DNA from: Eledone cirrhosa
Lineage: Eukaryota
DNA length: 64,000 nucleotides
Direction of reading: 5' to 3'
NCBI GenBank assembly: GCA_964016885.1
Contig: OZ024743.1
Coordinates: 2,976,001-3,040,000 of the forward strand
Numbering within the stretch: the first letter of the stretch is position 1; each line of letters opens with the position of its first letter. The notes beneath the pieces are model-generated. The model made no database searches and was not told the origin of the DNA. It saw nothing but the letters and a program-made list of their open reading frames with translations. Below are positions 51,101 through 63,100 of the stretch, one piece after another. The position numbers and the translations under genes are program-made.

Positions 51101-54100
51101 TCAGTGTCAGTGATAGTGTCAGTGTCAGTGTCAGTGATAGTGTCAGTGTCAGTGTCAGTGATAGTGTCAGTGTCAGTGATAGTGTCAGTGTCAGTGATAG
51201 TGTCAGTGTCAGTGTCAGTGTCAGTGTCAGTGTCAGTGATAGTGTCGGTGTCAGTGATAGTGTCAGTGTCAGTGATAGTGTCAGTGTCAGTGTCAGTGTC
51301 AGTGATAGTGTCAGTGTCAGTGATAGTGTCAGTGTCAGTGATAGTGTCAGTGTCAGTGATAGTGTCAGTGTCAGTGTCAGTGATAGTGTCAGTGTCAGTG
51401 TCAGTGATAGTGTCAGTGTCAGTGTCAGTGATAGTGTCAGTGTCAGTGATAGTGTCAGTGTCAGTGATAGTGTCAGTGTCAGTGTCAGTGTCAGTGTCAG
51501 TGTCAGTGATAGTGTCGGTGTCAGTGATAGTGTCAGTGTCAGTGATAGTGTCAGTGTCAGTGTCAGTGTCAGTGATAGTGTCAGTGTCAGTGATAGTGTC
51601 AGTGTCAGTGATAGTGTCAGTGTCAGTGATAGTGTCAGTGTCAGTGTCAGTGATAGTGTCAGTGTCAGTGTCAGTGATAGTGTCAGTGTCAGTGTCAGTG
51701 ATAGTGTCAGTGTCAGTGATAGTGTCAGTGTCAGTGATAGTGTCAGTGTCAGTGTCAGTGTCAGTGTCAGTGTCAGTGATAGTGTCGGTGTCAGTGATAG
51801 TGTCAGTGTCAGTGATAGTGTCAGTGTCAGTGTCAGTGTCAGTGATAGTGTCAGTGTCAGTGATAGTGTCAGTGTCAGTGATAGTGTCAGTGTCAGTGAT
51901 AGTGTCAGTGTCAGTGTCAGTGATAGTGTCAGTGTCAGTGATAGTGTCAGTGATAGTGTCAGTGTCAGTGATAGTGTCAGTGTCAGTGATAGTGTCAGTG
52001 ATAGTGTCACTGTCAGTGATCGTGTCAGTGTCAGTGTCAGTGTCAGTGATTGTGTCAGTGTCAGTGTCAGTGTCAGTGTCAGTGATAGTGTCAGTGTCAG
52101 TGTCAGTGATCGTGTCAGTGTCAGTGTCAGTGATTGTGTCAGTGTCAGTGATCGTGTCAGTGATAGTGTCAGTGTCAGTGATAGTGTCAGTGTCAGTGTC
52201 AGTGTCAGTGATAGTGTCAGTGTCAGTGTCAGTGTCAGTGATAGTGTCAGTGTCAGTGATAGTGTCAGTGTCAGTGTCAGTGATTGTGTCAGTGTCAGTG
52301 ATCGTGTCAGTGATGGTGTCAGTGTCAGTGATAGTGTCAGTGTCAGTGTCAGTGTCAGTGATAGTGTCAGTGTCAGTGTCAGTGTCAGTGATAGTGTCAG
52401 TGTCAGTGTCAGTGATAGTGTCAGTGATTGTGTCAGTGTCAGTGTCAGTGTCAGTGTCAGTGATAGTGTCAGTGTCAGTGTCAGTGATAGTGTCAGTGTC
52501 AGTGATAGTGTCAGTGTCAGTGATAGTGTCAGTGATAGTGTCAGTGTCAGTGTCAGTGTCAGTGATAGTGTCAGTGTCAGTGATAGTGTCAGTGTCAGTG
52601 TCAGTGTCAGTGATAATGTCAGTGTCAGTGTCAGTGATAGTGTCAGTGTCAGTGTCAGTGATAGTGTCAGTGTCAGTGATAGTGTCAGTGTCAGTGTCAG
52701 TGATAGTGTCAGTGTCAGTGTCAGTGATAGTGTCAGTGTCAGTGATAGTGTCAGTGATAGTGTCAGTGTCAGTGTCAGTGTCAGTGATAGTGTCAGTGTC
52801 AGTGATAGTGTCAGTGTCAGTGTCAGTGTCAGTGATAATGTCAGTGTCAGTGTCAGTGATAGTGTCAGTGTCAGTGATAGTGTCAGTGATAGTGTCAGTG
52901 TCAGTGTCAGTGTCAGTGTCAGTGATAGTGTCAGTGTCAGTGATAGTGTCAGTGATAGTGTCAGTGTCAGTGTCAGTGATAGTGTCAGTGTCAGTGTCAG
53001 TGTCAGTGTCAGTGATAGTGTCAGTGTCAGTGTCAGTGATAGTGTCAGTGTCAGTGTCAGTGATAGTGTCAGTGTCAGTGTCAGTGTCAGTGTCAGTGAT
53101 AGTGTCAGTGTCAGTGTCAGTGTCAGTGTCAGTGTCAGTGTCAGTGTCAGTGTCAGTGTCAGTGATAGTGTCAGTGTCAGTGTCAGTGATAGTGTCAGTG
53201 ATAGTGTCAGTGTCAGTGATAGTGTCAGTGTCAGTGTCAGTGATAGTGTCAGTGTCAGTGATAGTGTCAGTGTCAGTGTCAGTGATAGTGTCAGTGTCAG
53301 TGTCAGTGTCAGTGATAGTGTCAGTGTCAGTGTCAGTGTCAGTGTCAGTGATAGTGTTAGTGTCAGTGTCAGTGTCAGTGTCAGTGTCAGTGATAGTGTC
53401 AGTGTCAGTGTCAGTGTCAGTGTCAGTGTCAGTGATAGTGTCAGTGTCAGTGATAGTGTCAGTGATAGTGTCAGTGTCAGTGTCAGTGATAGTGTCAGTG
53501 TCAGTGTCAGTGTCAGTGTCAGTGATAGTGTCAGTGTCAGTGTCAGTGATAGTGTCAGTGTCAGTGATAGTGTCAGTGTCAGTGATATTGTCAGTGTCAG
53601 TGTCAGTGTCAGTGATAGTGTCAGTGTCAGTGTCAGTGTCAGTGATAGTGTCAGTGTCAGTGTCAGTGATAGTGTCAGTGTCAGTGATAGTGTCAGTGTC
53701 AGTGATATTGTCAGTGTCAGTGTCAGTGTCAGTGATAGTGTCAGTGTCAGTGTCAGTGTCAGTGTCAGTGATAGTGTCAGTGTCAGTGTCAGTGATAGTG
53801 TCAGTGATAGTGTCAGTGTCAGTGTCAGTGATAGTGTCAGTGTCAGTGTCAGTGATAGTGTCAGTGTCAGTGTCAGTGATAGTGTCAGTGTCAGTGATAG
53901 TGTCAGTGTCAGTGATATTGTCAGTGTCAGTGTCAGTGTCAGTGATAGTGTCAGTCTCAGTGTCAGTGATAGTGTCAGTGTCAGTGATAGTGTCAGTGTC
54001 AGTGTCAGTGATAGTGTCAGTGTCAGTGATAGTGTCAGTGTCAGTGATAGTGTCAGTGATAGTGTCAGTGTCAGTGTCAGTGATAGTGTCAGTGTCAGTG

Positions 54101-57100
54101 TCAGTGTCAGTGTCAGTGATAGTGTCAGTGTCAGTGATTGTGTCAGTGTCAGTGTCAGTGATAGTGTCAGTGTCAGTGTCAGTGTCAGTGTCAGTGATAG
54201 TGTCAGTGTCAGTGATAGTGTCAGTGTCAGTGTCAGTGTCAGTGTCAGTGATAGTGTCAGTGATAGTGTCAGTGTCAGTGTCAGTGATAGTGTCAGTGTC
54301 AGTGTCAGTGTCAGTGATAGTGTCAGTGTCAGTGTCAGTGATAGTGTCAGTGTCAGTGATAGTGTCAGTGTCAGTGTCAGTGTCAGTGATAGTGTCAGTG
54401 TCAGTGTCAGTGATAGTGTCAGTGTCAGTGTCAGTGATAGTGTCAGTGTCAGTGATAGTGTCAGTGTAAGTGATAGTGTCAGTGTCAGTGATAGTATCAG
54501 TGTCAGTGTCAGTGTCAGTGTCAGTGATAGTGTCAGTGTCAGTGTCAGTGATAGTGTCAGTGTCAGTGTCAGTGTCAGTGATAGTGTCAGTGTCAGTGTC
54601 AGTGTCAGTGTCAGTGATAGTGTCAGTGTCAGTGTCAGTGTCAGTGTCAGTGATAGTGTCAGTGTCAGTGTCAGTGATAGTGTCAGTGTCAGTGATAGTG
54701 TCAGTGTCAGTGTCAGTGTCAGTGATAGTGTCAGTGTCAGTGTCAGTGATAGTGTCAGTGTCAGTGTCAGTGATAGTGTCAGTGTCAGTGTCAGTGATAG
54801 TGTCAGTGTAAGTGATAGTGTCAGTGTCAGTGATAGTATCAGTGTCAGTGTCAGTGTCAGTGTCAGTGTCAGTGATAGTGTCAGTGTCAGTGTCAGTGTC
54901 AGTGATAGTGTCAGTGTCAGTGTCAGTGTCAGTGTCAGTGATAGTGTCAGTGTCAATGATAGTGTCAGTGTCAGTGTCAGTGATAGTGTCAGTGTCAGTG
55001 TTAGTGTCAGTGATAGTGTCAGTGTCAGTGTCAGTGATAGTGTCAGTGTCAGTGATAGTGTCAGTGTCAGTGTCAGTGTCAGTGATAGTGTCAGTGTCAG
55101 TGTCAGTGTCAGTGATAGTGTCAGTGTCAGTGATAGTATCAGTGTCAGTGTCAGTGTCAGTGTCAGTGATAGTGTCAGTGATAGTGTCAGTGTCAGTGTC
55201 AGTGTCAGTGTCAGTGGTAGTGTCAGTGTCAGTGTCAGTGATAGTGTCAGTGTCAGTGTCAGTGTCAGTGTCAGTGATAGTGTCAGTGTCAATGATAGTG
55301 TCAGTGTCAGTGTCAGTGATAGTGTCAGTGTCAGTGTTAGTGTCAGTGATAGTGTCAGTGTCAGTGTCAGTGATAGTGTCAGTGTCAGTGATAGTGTCAG
55401 TGTCAGTGATAGTGTCAGTGATAGTGTCAGTGTCAGTGTCAGTGTCAGTGTCAGTGTCAGTGATAGTGTCAGTGTCAGTGATAGTGTCAGTGTCAGTGTC
55501 AGTGATTGTGTCAGTGTCAGTGTCAGTGTCAGTGATAGTGTCAGTGTCAGTGTCAGTGATAGTGTCAGTGTCAGTGTCAGTGATAGTGTCAGTGTCAGTG
55601 ATAGTGTCAGTGTCAGTGATAGTGTCAGTGTCAGTGATAGTGTCAGTGTCAGTGTAAGTGATAGTGTCAGGGTCAGTGTCAGTGATAGTGTCAGTGTCAG
55701 TGTCAGTGTCAGTGATAGTGTCAGTGATAGTGTCAGTGTCAGTGTCAGTGTCAGTGATAGTGTCAGTGTCAGTGATAGTGTCAGTGTCAGTGTCAGTGAT
55801 TGTGTCAGTGTCAGTGTCAGTGTCAGTGTCAGTGATAGTGTCAGTGTCAGTGTCAGTGATAGTGTCAGTGTCAGTGTCAGTGTCAGTGATAGTGTCAGTG
55901 TCAGTGATAGTGTCAGTGTCAGTGATAGTGTTAGTGTCAGTGTCAGTGTCAGTGTCAGTGTCAGTGTCAGTGATAGTGTCAGTGTCAGTGTCAGTGATAG
56001 TGTCAGTGTCAGTGATAGTGTCAGTGTCAGTGATAGTGTCAGTGATAGTGTCAGTGTCAGTGTCAGTGTCAGTGATAGTGTCAGTGTCAGTGTCAGTGAT
56101 AGTGTCAGTGTCAGTGATAGTGTCAGTGATAGTGTCAGTGTCAGTGATAGTGTCAGTGTCAGTGTCAGTGTCAGTGTCAGTGATAGTGTCAGTGTCAGTG
56201 TCAGTGATAGTGTCAGTGTCAGTGATAGTGTCAGTGTCAGTGATAGTGTCAGTGATAGTGTCAGTGTCAGTGTCAGTGTCAGTGATAGTGTCAGTGTCAG
56301 TGTCAGTGATAGTGTCAGTGTCAGTGATAGTGTCAGTGATAGTGTCAGTGTCAGTGATAGTGTCAGTGTCAGTGTCAGTGTCAGTGTCAGTGATAGTGTC
56401 AGTGTCAATGATAGTGTCAGTGTCAGTGTCAGTGATAGTGTCAGTGTCAGTGTTAGTGTCAGTGATAGTGTCAGTGTCAGTGTCAGTGATAGTGTCAGTG
56501 TCAGTGATAGTGTCAGTGTCAGTGATAGTGTCAGTGATAGTGTCAGTGTCAGTGTCAGTGTCAGTGTCAGTGTCAGTGTCAGTGTCAGTGATAGTGTCAG
56601 TGTCAGTGATAGTGTCAGTGTCAGTGTCAGTGATTGTGTCAGTGTCAGTGTCAGTGTCAGTGATAGTGTCAGTGTCAGTGTCAGTGATAGTGTCAGTGAT
56701 AGTGTCAGTGTCAGTGATAGTGTCAGTGTCAGTGATAGTGTCAGTGTCAGTGATAGTGTCAGTGTCAGTGTAAGTGATAGTGTCAGTGTCAGTGTCAGTG
56801 ATAGTGTCAGTGTCAGTGTCAGTGTCAGTGATAGTGTCAGTGATAGTGTCAGTGTCAGTGTCAGTGTCAGTGATAGTGTCAGTGTCAGTGATAGTGTCAG
56901 TGTCAGTGTCAGTGATTGTGTCAGTGTCAGTGTCAGTGTCAGTGTCAGTGATAGTGTCAGTGTCAGTGTCAGTGATAGTGTCAGTGTCAGTGTCAGTGTC
57001 AGTGATAGTGTCAGTGTCAGTGATAGTGTCAGTGTCAGTGATAGTGTTAGTGTCAGTGTCAGTGTCAGTGTCAGTGTCAGTGTCAGTGATAGTGTCAGTG

Positions 57101-60100
57101 TCAGTGTCAGTGATAGTGTCAGTGTCAGTGATAGTGTCAGTGTCAGTGATAGTGTCAGTGATAGTGTCAGTGTCAGTGTCAGTGTCAGTGATAGTGTCAG
57201 TGTCAGTGTCAGTGATAGTGTCAGTGTCAGTGATAGTGTCAGTGATAGTGTCAGTGTCAGTGTCAGTGATAGTGTCAGTGTCAGTGATCGTGTCAGTGTC
57301 AGTGTCAGTGATAGTGTCAGTGTCAGTGATAGTGTCAGTGATAGTGTCAGTGTCAGTGTCAGTGATAGTGTCAGTGTCAGTGATAGTGTCAGTGATAGTG
57401 TCAGTGTCAGTGTCAGTGATAGTGTCAGTGTCAGTGATAGTGTCAGTGATAGTGTCAGTGTCAGTGTCAGTGATAGTGTTAGTGTCAGTGTCAGTGTCAG
57501 TGTCAGTATCAGTGTCAGTGATAGTGTCAGTGTCAGTGTCAGTGATAGTGTCAGTGTCAGTGATAGTGTCAGTGATAGTGTCAGTGTCAGTGTCAGTGAT
57601 AGTGTCAGTGTCAGTGATAGTGTCAGTGATAGTGTCAGTGTCAGTGTCAGTGATAGTGTTAGTGTCAGTGTCAGTGTCAGTGTCAGTGTCAGTGTCAGTG
57701 ATAGTGTCAGTGTCAGTGTCAGTGATAGTGTCAGTGTCAGTGATAGTGTCAGTGTCAGTGATAGTGTCAGTGATAGTGTCAGTGTCAGTGTCAGTGTCAG
57801 TGATAGTGTCAGTGTCAGTGTCAGTGATAGTGTCAGTGTCAGTGATAGTGTCAGTGATAGTGTCAGTGTCAGTGTCAGTGATAGTGTCAGTGTCAGTGAT
57901 CGTGTCAGTGTCAGTGTCAGTGATAGTGTCAGTGTCAGTGATAGTGTCAGTGATAGTGTCAGTGTCAGTGTCAGTGATAGTGTCAGTGTCAGTGATAGTG
58001 TCAGTGATAGTGTCAGTGTCAGTGATAGTGTCAGTGTCAGTGATAGTGTCAGTGTCAGTGTCAGTGATAGTGTCAGTGTCAGTGATAGTGTCAGTGATAG
58101 TGTCAGTGTCAGTGTCAGTGATAGTGTCAGTGTCAGTGATAGTGTCAGTGATAGTGTCAGTGTCAGTGTCAGTGATAGTGTCAGTGTCAGTGATAGTGTC
58201 AGTGTCAGTGATAGTGTCAGTGTCAGTGTCAGTGATAGTGTCAGTGTCAGTGATAGTGTCAGTGTCAGTGATAGTGTCAGTGTCAGTGTCAGTGATAGTG
58301 TCAGTGTCAGTGATAGTGTCAGTGATAGTGTCAGTGTCAGTGTCAGTGATAGTGTCAGTGTCAGTGATAGTGTCAGTGATAGTGTCAGTGTCAGTGTCAG
58401 TGATAGTGTCAGTGTCAGTGATAGTGTCAGTGTCAGTGTCAGTGATAGTGTCAGTGTCAGTGATAGTGTCAGTGATAGTGTCAGTGTCAGTGTCAGTGTC
58501 AGTGTCAGTGATAGTGTCAGTGTCAGTGTCAGTGTCAGTGTCAGTGATAGTGTCAGTGTCAGTGATAGTGTCAGTGATAGTGTCAGTGTCAGTGTCAGTG
58601 ATAGTGTCAGTGTCAGTGATAGTGTCAGTGTCAGTGTCAGTGATAGTTTCAGTGTCAGTGTCAGTGTCAGTGTCAGTGTCAGTGATAGTGTCAGTGTCAG
58701 TGTCAGTGATAGTGTCAGTGTCAGTGATAGTGTCAGTGTAAGTGATAGTGTCAGTGTCAGTGTCAGTGATAGTGTCAGTGATAGTGTCAGTGTCAGTGTC
58801 AGTGATAGTGTCAGTGTCAGTGATAGTGTCAGTGTAAGTGATAGTGTCAGTGTCAGTGTCAGTGATAGTGTCAGTGTCAGTGATAGTGTCAGTGTCAGTG
58901 TCAGTGTCAGTGGTAGTGTCAGTGTCAGTGTCAGTGTCAGTGATAGTGTCAGTGTCAGTGTCAGTGATAGTGTCAGTGTCAGTGTCAGTGTCAGTGATAG
59001 TGTCAGTGTCAATGATAGTGTCAGTGTCAGTGTCAGTGATAGTGTCAGTGTCAGTGTCAGTGATAGTGTCAGTGATAGTGTCAGTGTCAGTGTCAGTGAT
59101 AGTGTCAGTGTCAGTGATAGTGTCAGTGTCAGTGTCAGTGATAGTGTCAGTGTCAGTGATAGTGTCAGTGTCAGTGTCAGTGTCAGTGTCAGTGATAGTG
59201 TCAGTGTCAGTGATAGTGTCAGTGTCAGTGTAAGTGATAGTGTCAGTGTCAGTGTCAGTGATTGTGTCAGTGTCAGTGTCAGTGATAGTGTCAGTGTCAG
59301 TGATAGTGTCAGTGTCAGTGATAGTGTCAGTGTCAGTGTAAGTGATAGTGTCAGTGTCAGTGTCAGTGATAGTGTCAGTGTCAGTGTCAGTGTCAGTGAT
59401 AGTGTCAGTGTCAGTGTCAGTGTCAGTGTCAGTGATAGTGTCAGTGTCAGTGTCAGTGTCAGTGTCAGTGATAGTGTCAGTGTCAGTGTCAGTGTCAGTG
59501 TCAGTGTCAGTGATAGTGTCAGTGTCAGTGTCAGTGTCAGTGTCAGTGTCAGTGTCAGTGTCAGTGATAGTGTCAGTGTCAGTGTCAGTGTCAGTGTCAG
59601 TGATAGTGTCAGTGTCAGTGATAGTGTCAGTGTCAGTGTCAGTGTCAGTGATTGTGTCAGTGTCAGTGATAGTGTCAGTGTCAGTGTCAGTGTCAGTGTC
59701 AGTGATAGTGTCAGTGTCAGTGTCAGTGTCAGTGTCAGTGATAGTGTCAGTGTCAGTGATAGTGTCAGTGTCAGTGTCAGTGTCAGTGTCAGTGTCAGTG
59801 TCAGTGATAGTGTCAGTGTCAGTGTCAGTGTCAGTGTCAGTGTCAGTGTCAGTGATAGTGTCAGTGTCAGTGTCAGTGTTAGTGTCAGTGTCAGTGATAG
59901 TGTCAGTGTCAGTGTCAGTGTCAGTGTCAGTGATAGTGTCAGTGTCAGTGTCAGTGTCAGTGTCAGTGATAGTGTCAGTGTCAGTGTCAGTGTCAGTGTC
60001 AGTGTCAGTGATAGTGTCAGTGTCAGTGATAGTGTCAGTGTCAGTGTCAGTGTCAGTGTCAGTGATAGTGTCAGTGTCAGTGTCAGTGTCAGTGTCAGTG

Positions 60101-63100
60101 ATAGTGTCAGTGTCAGTGTCAGTGTCAGTGATAGTGTCAGTGTCAGTGTCAGTGTCAGTGTCAGTGTCAGTGTCAGTGATAGTGTCAGTGTCAGTGTCAG
60201 TGTCAGTGTCAGTGTCAGTGATAGTGTCAGTGTCAGTGTCAGTGTCAGTGATAGTGTCAGTGTCAGTGTCAGTGTCAGTGTCAGTGTCAGTGATAGTGTC
60301 AGTGTCAGTGTCAGTGTCAGTGTCAGTGTCAGTGTCAGTGTCAGTGATAGTGTCAGTGTCAGTGTCAGTGTCAGTGTCAGTGATAGTGTCAGTGTCAGTG
60401 ATAGTGTCAGTGTCAGTGTCAGTGTCAGTGATTGTGTCAGTGTCAGTGATAGTGTCAGTGTCAGTGTCAGTGTCAGTGTCAGTGATAGTGTCAGTGTCAG
60501 TGATAGTGTCAGTGATAGTGTCAGTGTCAGTGTCAGTGATAGTGTCCGTGTCAGTGTCAGTGTCAGTGATAGTGTCAGTGTCAGTGTCAGTGATAGTGTC
60601 AGTGTCAGTGTCAGTGTCAGTGTCAGTGATAGTGTCAGTGTCAGTGATAGTGTCAGTGTCAGTGATAGTGTCAGTGATAGTGACAGTGTCAGTGTCAGTG
60701 ATAGTGTCAGTGTCAGTGATAGTGTCAGTGTCAGTGTCAGTGTCAGTGTCAGTGTCAGTGTCAGTGATAGTGTCAGTGTCAGTGTCAGTGATAGTGTCAG
60801 TGATAGTGTCAGTGTAAGTGATAGTGTCAGTGTCAGTGTCAGTGTCAGTGATAGTGTCAGTGTCAGTGATAGTGTCAGTGTAAGTGATAGTGTCAGTGTC
60901 AGTGTCAGTGATAGTGTCAGTGATAGTGTCAGTGTAAGTGATAGTGTCAGTGTCAGTGTCAGTGTCAGTGATAGTGTCAGTGTCAGTGTCAGTGTCAGTG
61001 TCAGTGGTAGTGTCAGTGTCAGTGTCAGTGTCAGTGATAGTGTCAGTGTCAGTGTCAGTGATAGTATCAGTGTCAGTGATAGTGTCAGTGTCAGTGTTAG
61101 TGTCAGTGATAGTGTCAGTGTCAGTGATAGTGTCAGTGTCAGTGTCAGTGATAGTGTCAGTGTCAGTATCAGTGTCAGTGTCAGTGATAGTGTCAGTGTC
61201 AGTGATAGTGTCAGTGTCAGTGATAGTGTCAGTGATAGTGTCAGTGTCAGTGTCAGTGTCAGTGATAGTGTCAGTGTCAGTGATAGTGTCAGTGTCAGTG
61301 ATAGTGTCAGTGATAGTGTCAGTGTCAGTGTCAGTGTCAGTGTCAGTGATAGTGTCAGTGATAGTGTCAGTGTCAGTGTCAGTGTCAGTGATAGTGTCAG
61401 TGTCAGTGATAGTGTCAGTGTAAGTGATAGTGTCAGTGTCAGTGTCAGTGATAGTGTCAGTGTCAGTGTCAGTGTCAGTGATAGTGTCAGTGTCAGTGTC
61501 AGTGTCAGTGATAGTGTCAGTGTCAGTGATAGTGTCAGTGTCAGTGATAGTGTCAGTGATAGTGTCAGTGTCAGTGTCAGTGTCAGTGTCAGTGATAGTG
61601 TCAGTGATAGTGTCAGTGTCAGTGTCAGTGTCAGTGATAGTGTCAGTGTCAGTGATAGTGTCAGTGTAAGTGATAGTGTCAGTGTCAGTGTCAGTGATAG
61701 TGTCAGTGTCAGTGATAGTGTCAGTGATAGTGTCAGTGTCAGTGTCAGTGTCAGTGTCAGTGATAGTGTCAGTGATAGTGTCAGTGTCAGTGATAGTGTC
61801 AGTGTCAGTGTCAGTGATAGTGTCAGTGTCAGTGTCAGTGTCAGTGTAAGTGTCAGTGTCAGTGTTAGTGTCAGTGTCAGTGTCAGTGTCAGTGATAGTG
61901 TCAGTGTCAGTGTCAGTGTCAGTGTCAGTGTAAGTGTCAGTGTCAGTGATAGTGTCAGTGTCAGTGTTAGTGTCAGTGTCAGTGTCAGTGTCAGTGATAG
62001 TGTCAGTGTCAGTGTCAGTGTAAGTGTCAGTGTCAGTGATAGTGTCAGTGTCAGTGTCAGTGATAGTGTCAGTGTCAGTGTTAGTGTCAGTGATAGTGTC
62101 AGTGTCAGTGATAGTGTCAGTGTCAGTGTTAGTGTCAGTGATAGTGTCAGTGTCAGTGTCAGTGTCAGTGTAAGTGTCAGTGTCAGTGATAGTGTCAGTG
62201 TCAGTGTTAGTGTCAGTGATAGTGTCAGTGTCAGTGTCAGTGTCAGTGTAAGTGTCAGTGTCAGTGTCAGTGATAGTGTCAGTGTCAGTGTTAGTGTCAG
62301 TGATAGTGTCAGTGATAGTGTCAGTATCAGTGTCAGTGTCAGTGATAGTGTCAGTGTCAGTGATAGTGTCAGTATCAGTGTCAGTGTCAGTGATAGTGTC
62401 AGTGTCAGTGATAGTGTCAGTGTCAGTGTCAGTGTCAGTGATAGTGTCAGTGTCAGTGATAGTGTCAGTATCAGTGTCAGTGTCAGTGATAGTGTCAGTG
62501 TCAGTGATAGTGTCAGTATCAGTGTCAGTGTCAGTGATAGTGTCAGTGTCAGTGATAGTGTCAGTATCAGTGTCAGTGTCAGTGATAGTGTCAGTGTCAG
62601 TGATAGTGTCAGTATCAGTGTCAGTGTCAGTGATAGTGTCAGTGTCAGTGATAGTGTCAGTATCAGTGTCAGTGTCAGTGATAGTGTCAGTGTCAGTGTC
62701 AGTGATAGTGTCAGTGTCAGTGTCAGTGTCAGTGATTGTGTCAGTGTCAGTGTCAGTGTCAGTGTCAGTGTCAGTGTCAGTGTCAGTGATAGTGTCAGTG
62801 ATAGTGTCAGTGTCAGTGATAGTGTCAGTGTCAGTGTCAGTGATAGTGTCAGTGTCAGTGTCAGTGATAGTATCAGTGTCAGTGTCAGTGTCAGTGTCAG
62901 TGATAGTGTCAGTATCAGTGTCAGTGTCAGTGATAGTGTCAGTGTCAGTGATAGTGTCAGTGTCAGTGATAGTGTCAGTGTCAGTGTCAGTGTCAGTGAT
63001 TGTGTCAGTGTCAGTGTCAGTGATAGTGTTAGTGTCAGTGTCAGTGTCAGTGATAGTGTCAGTGTCAGTGTCAGTGTAAGTGATAGTGTCAGTGTCAGTG

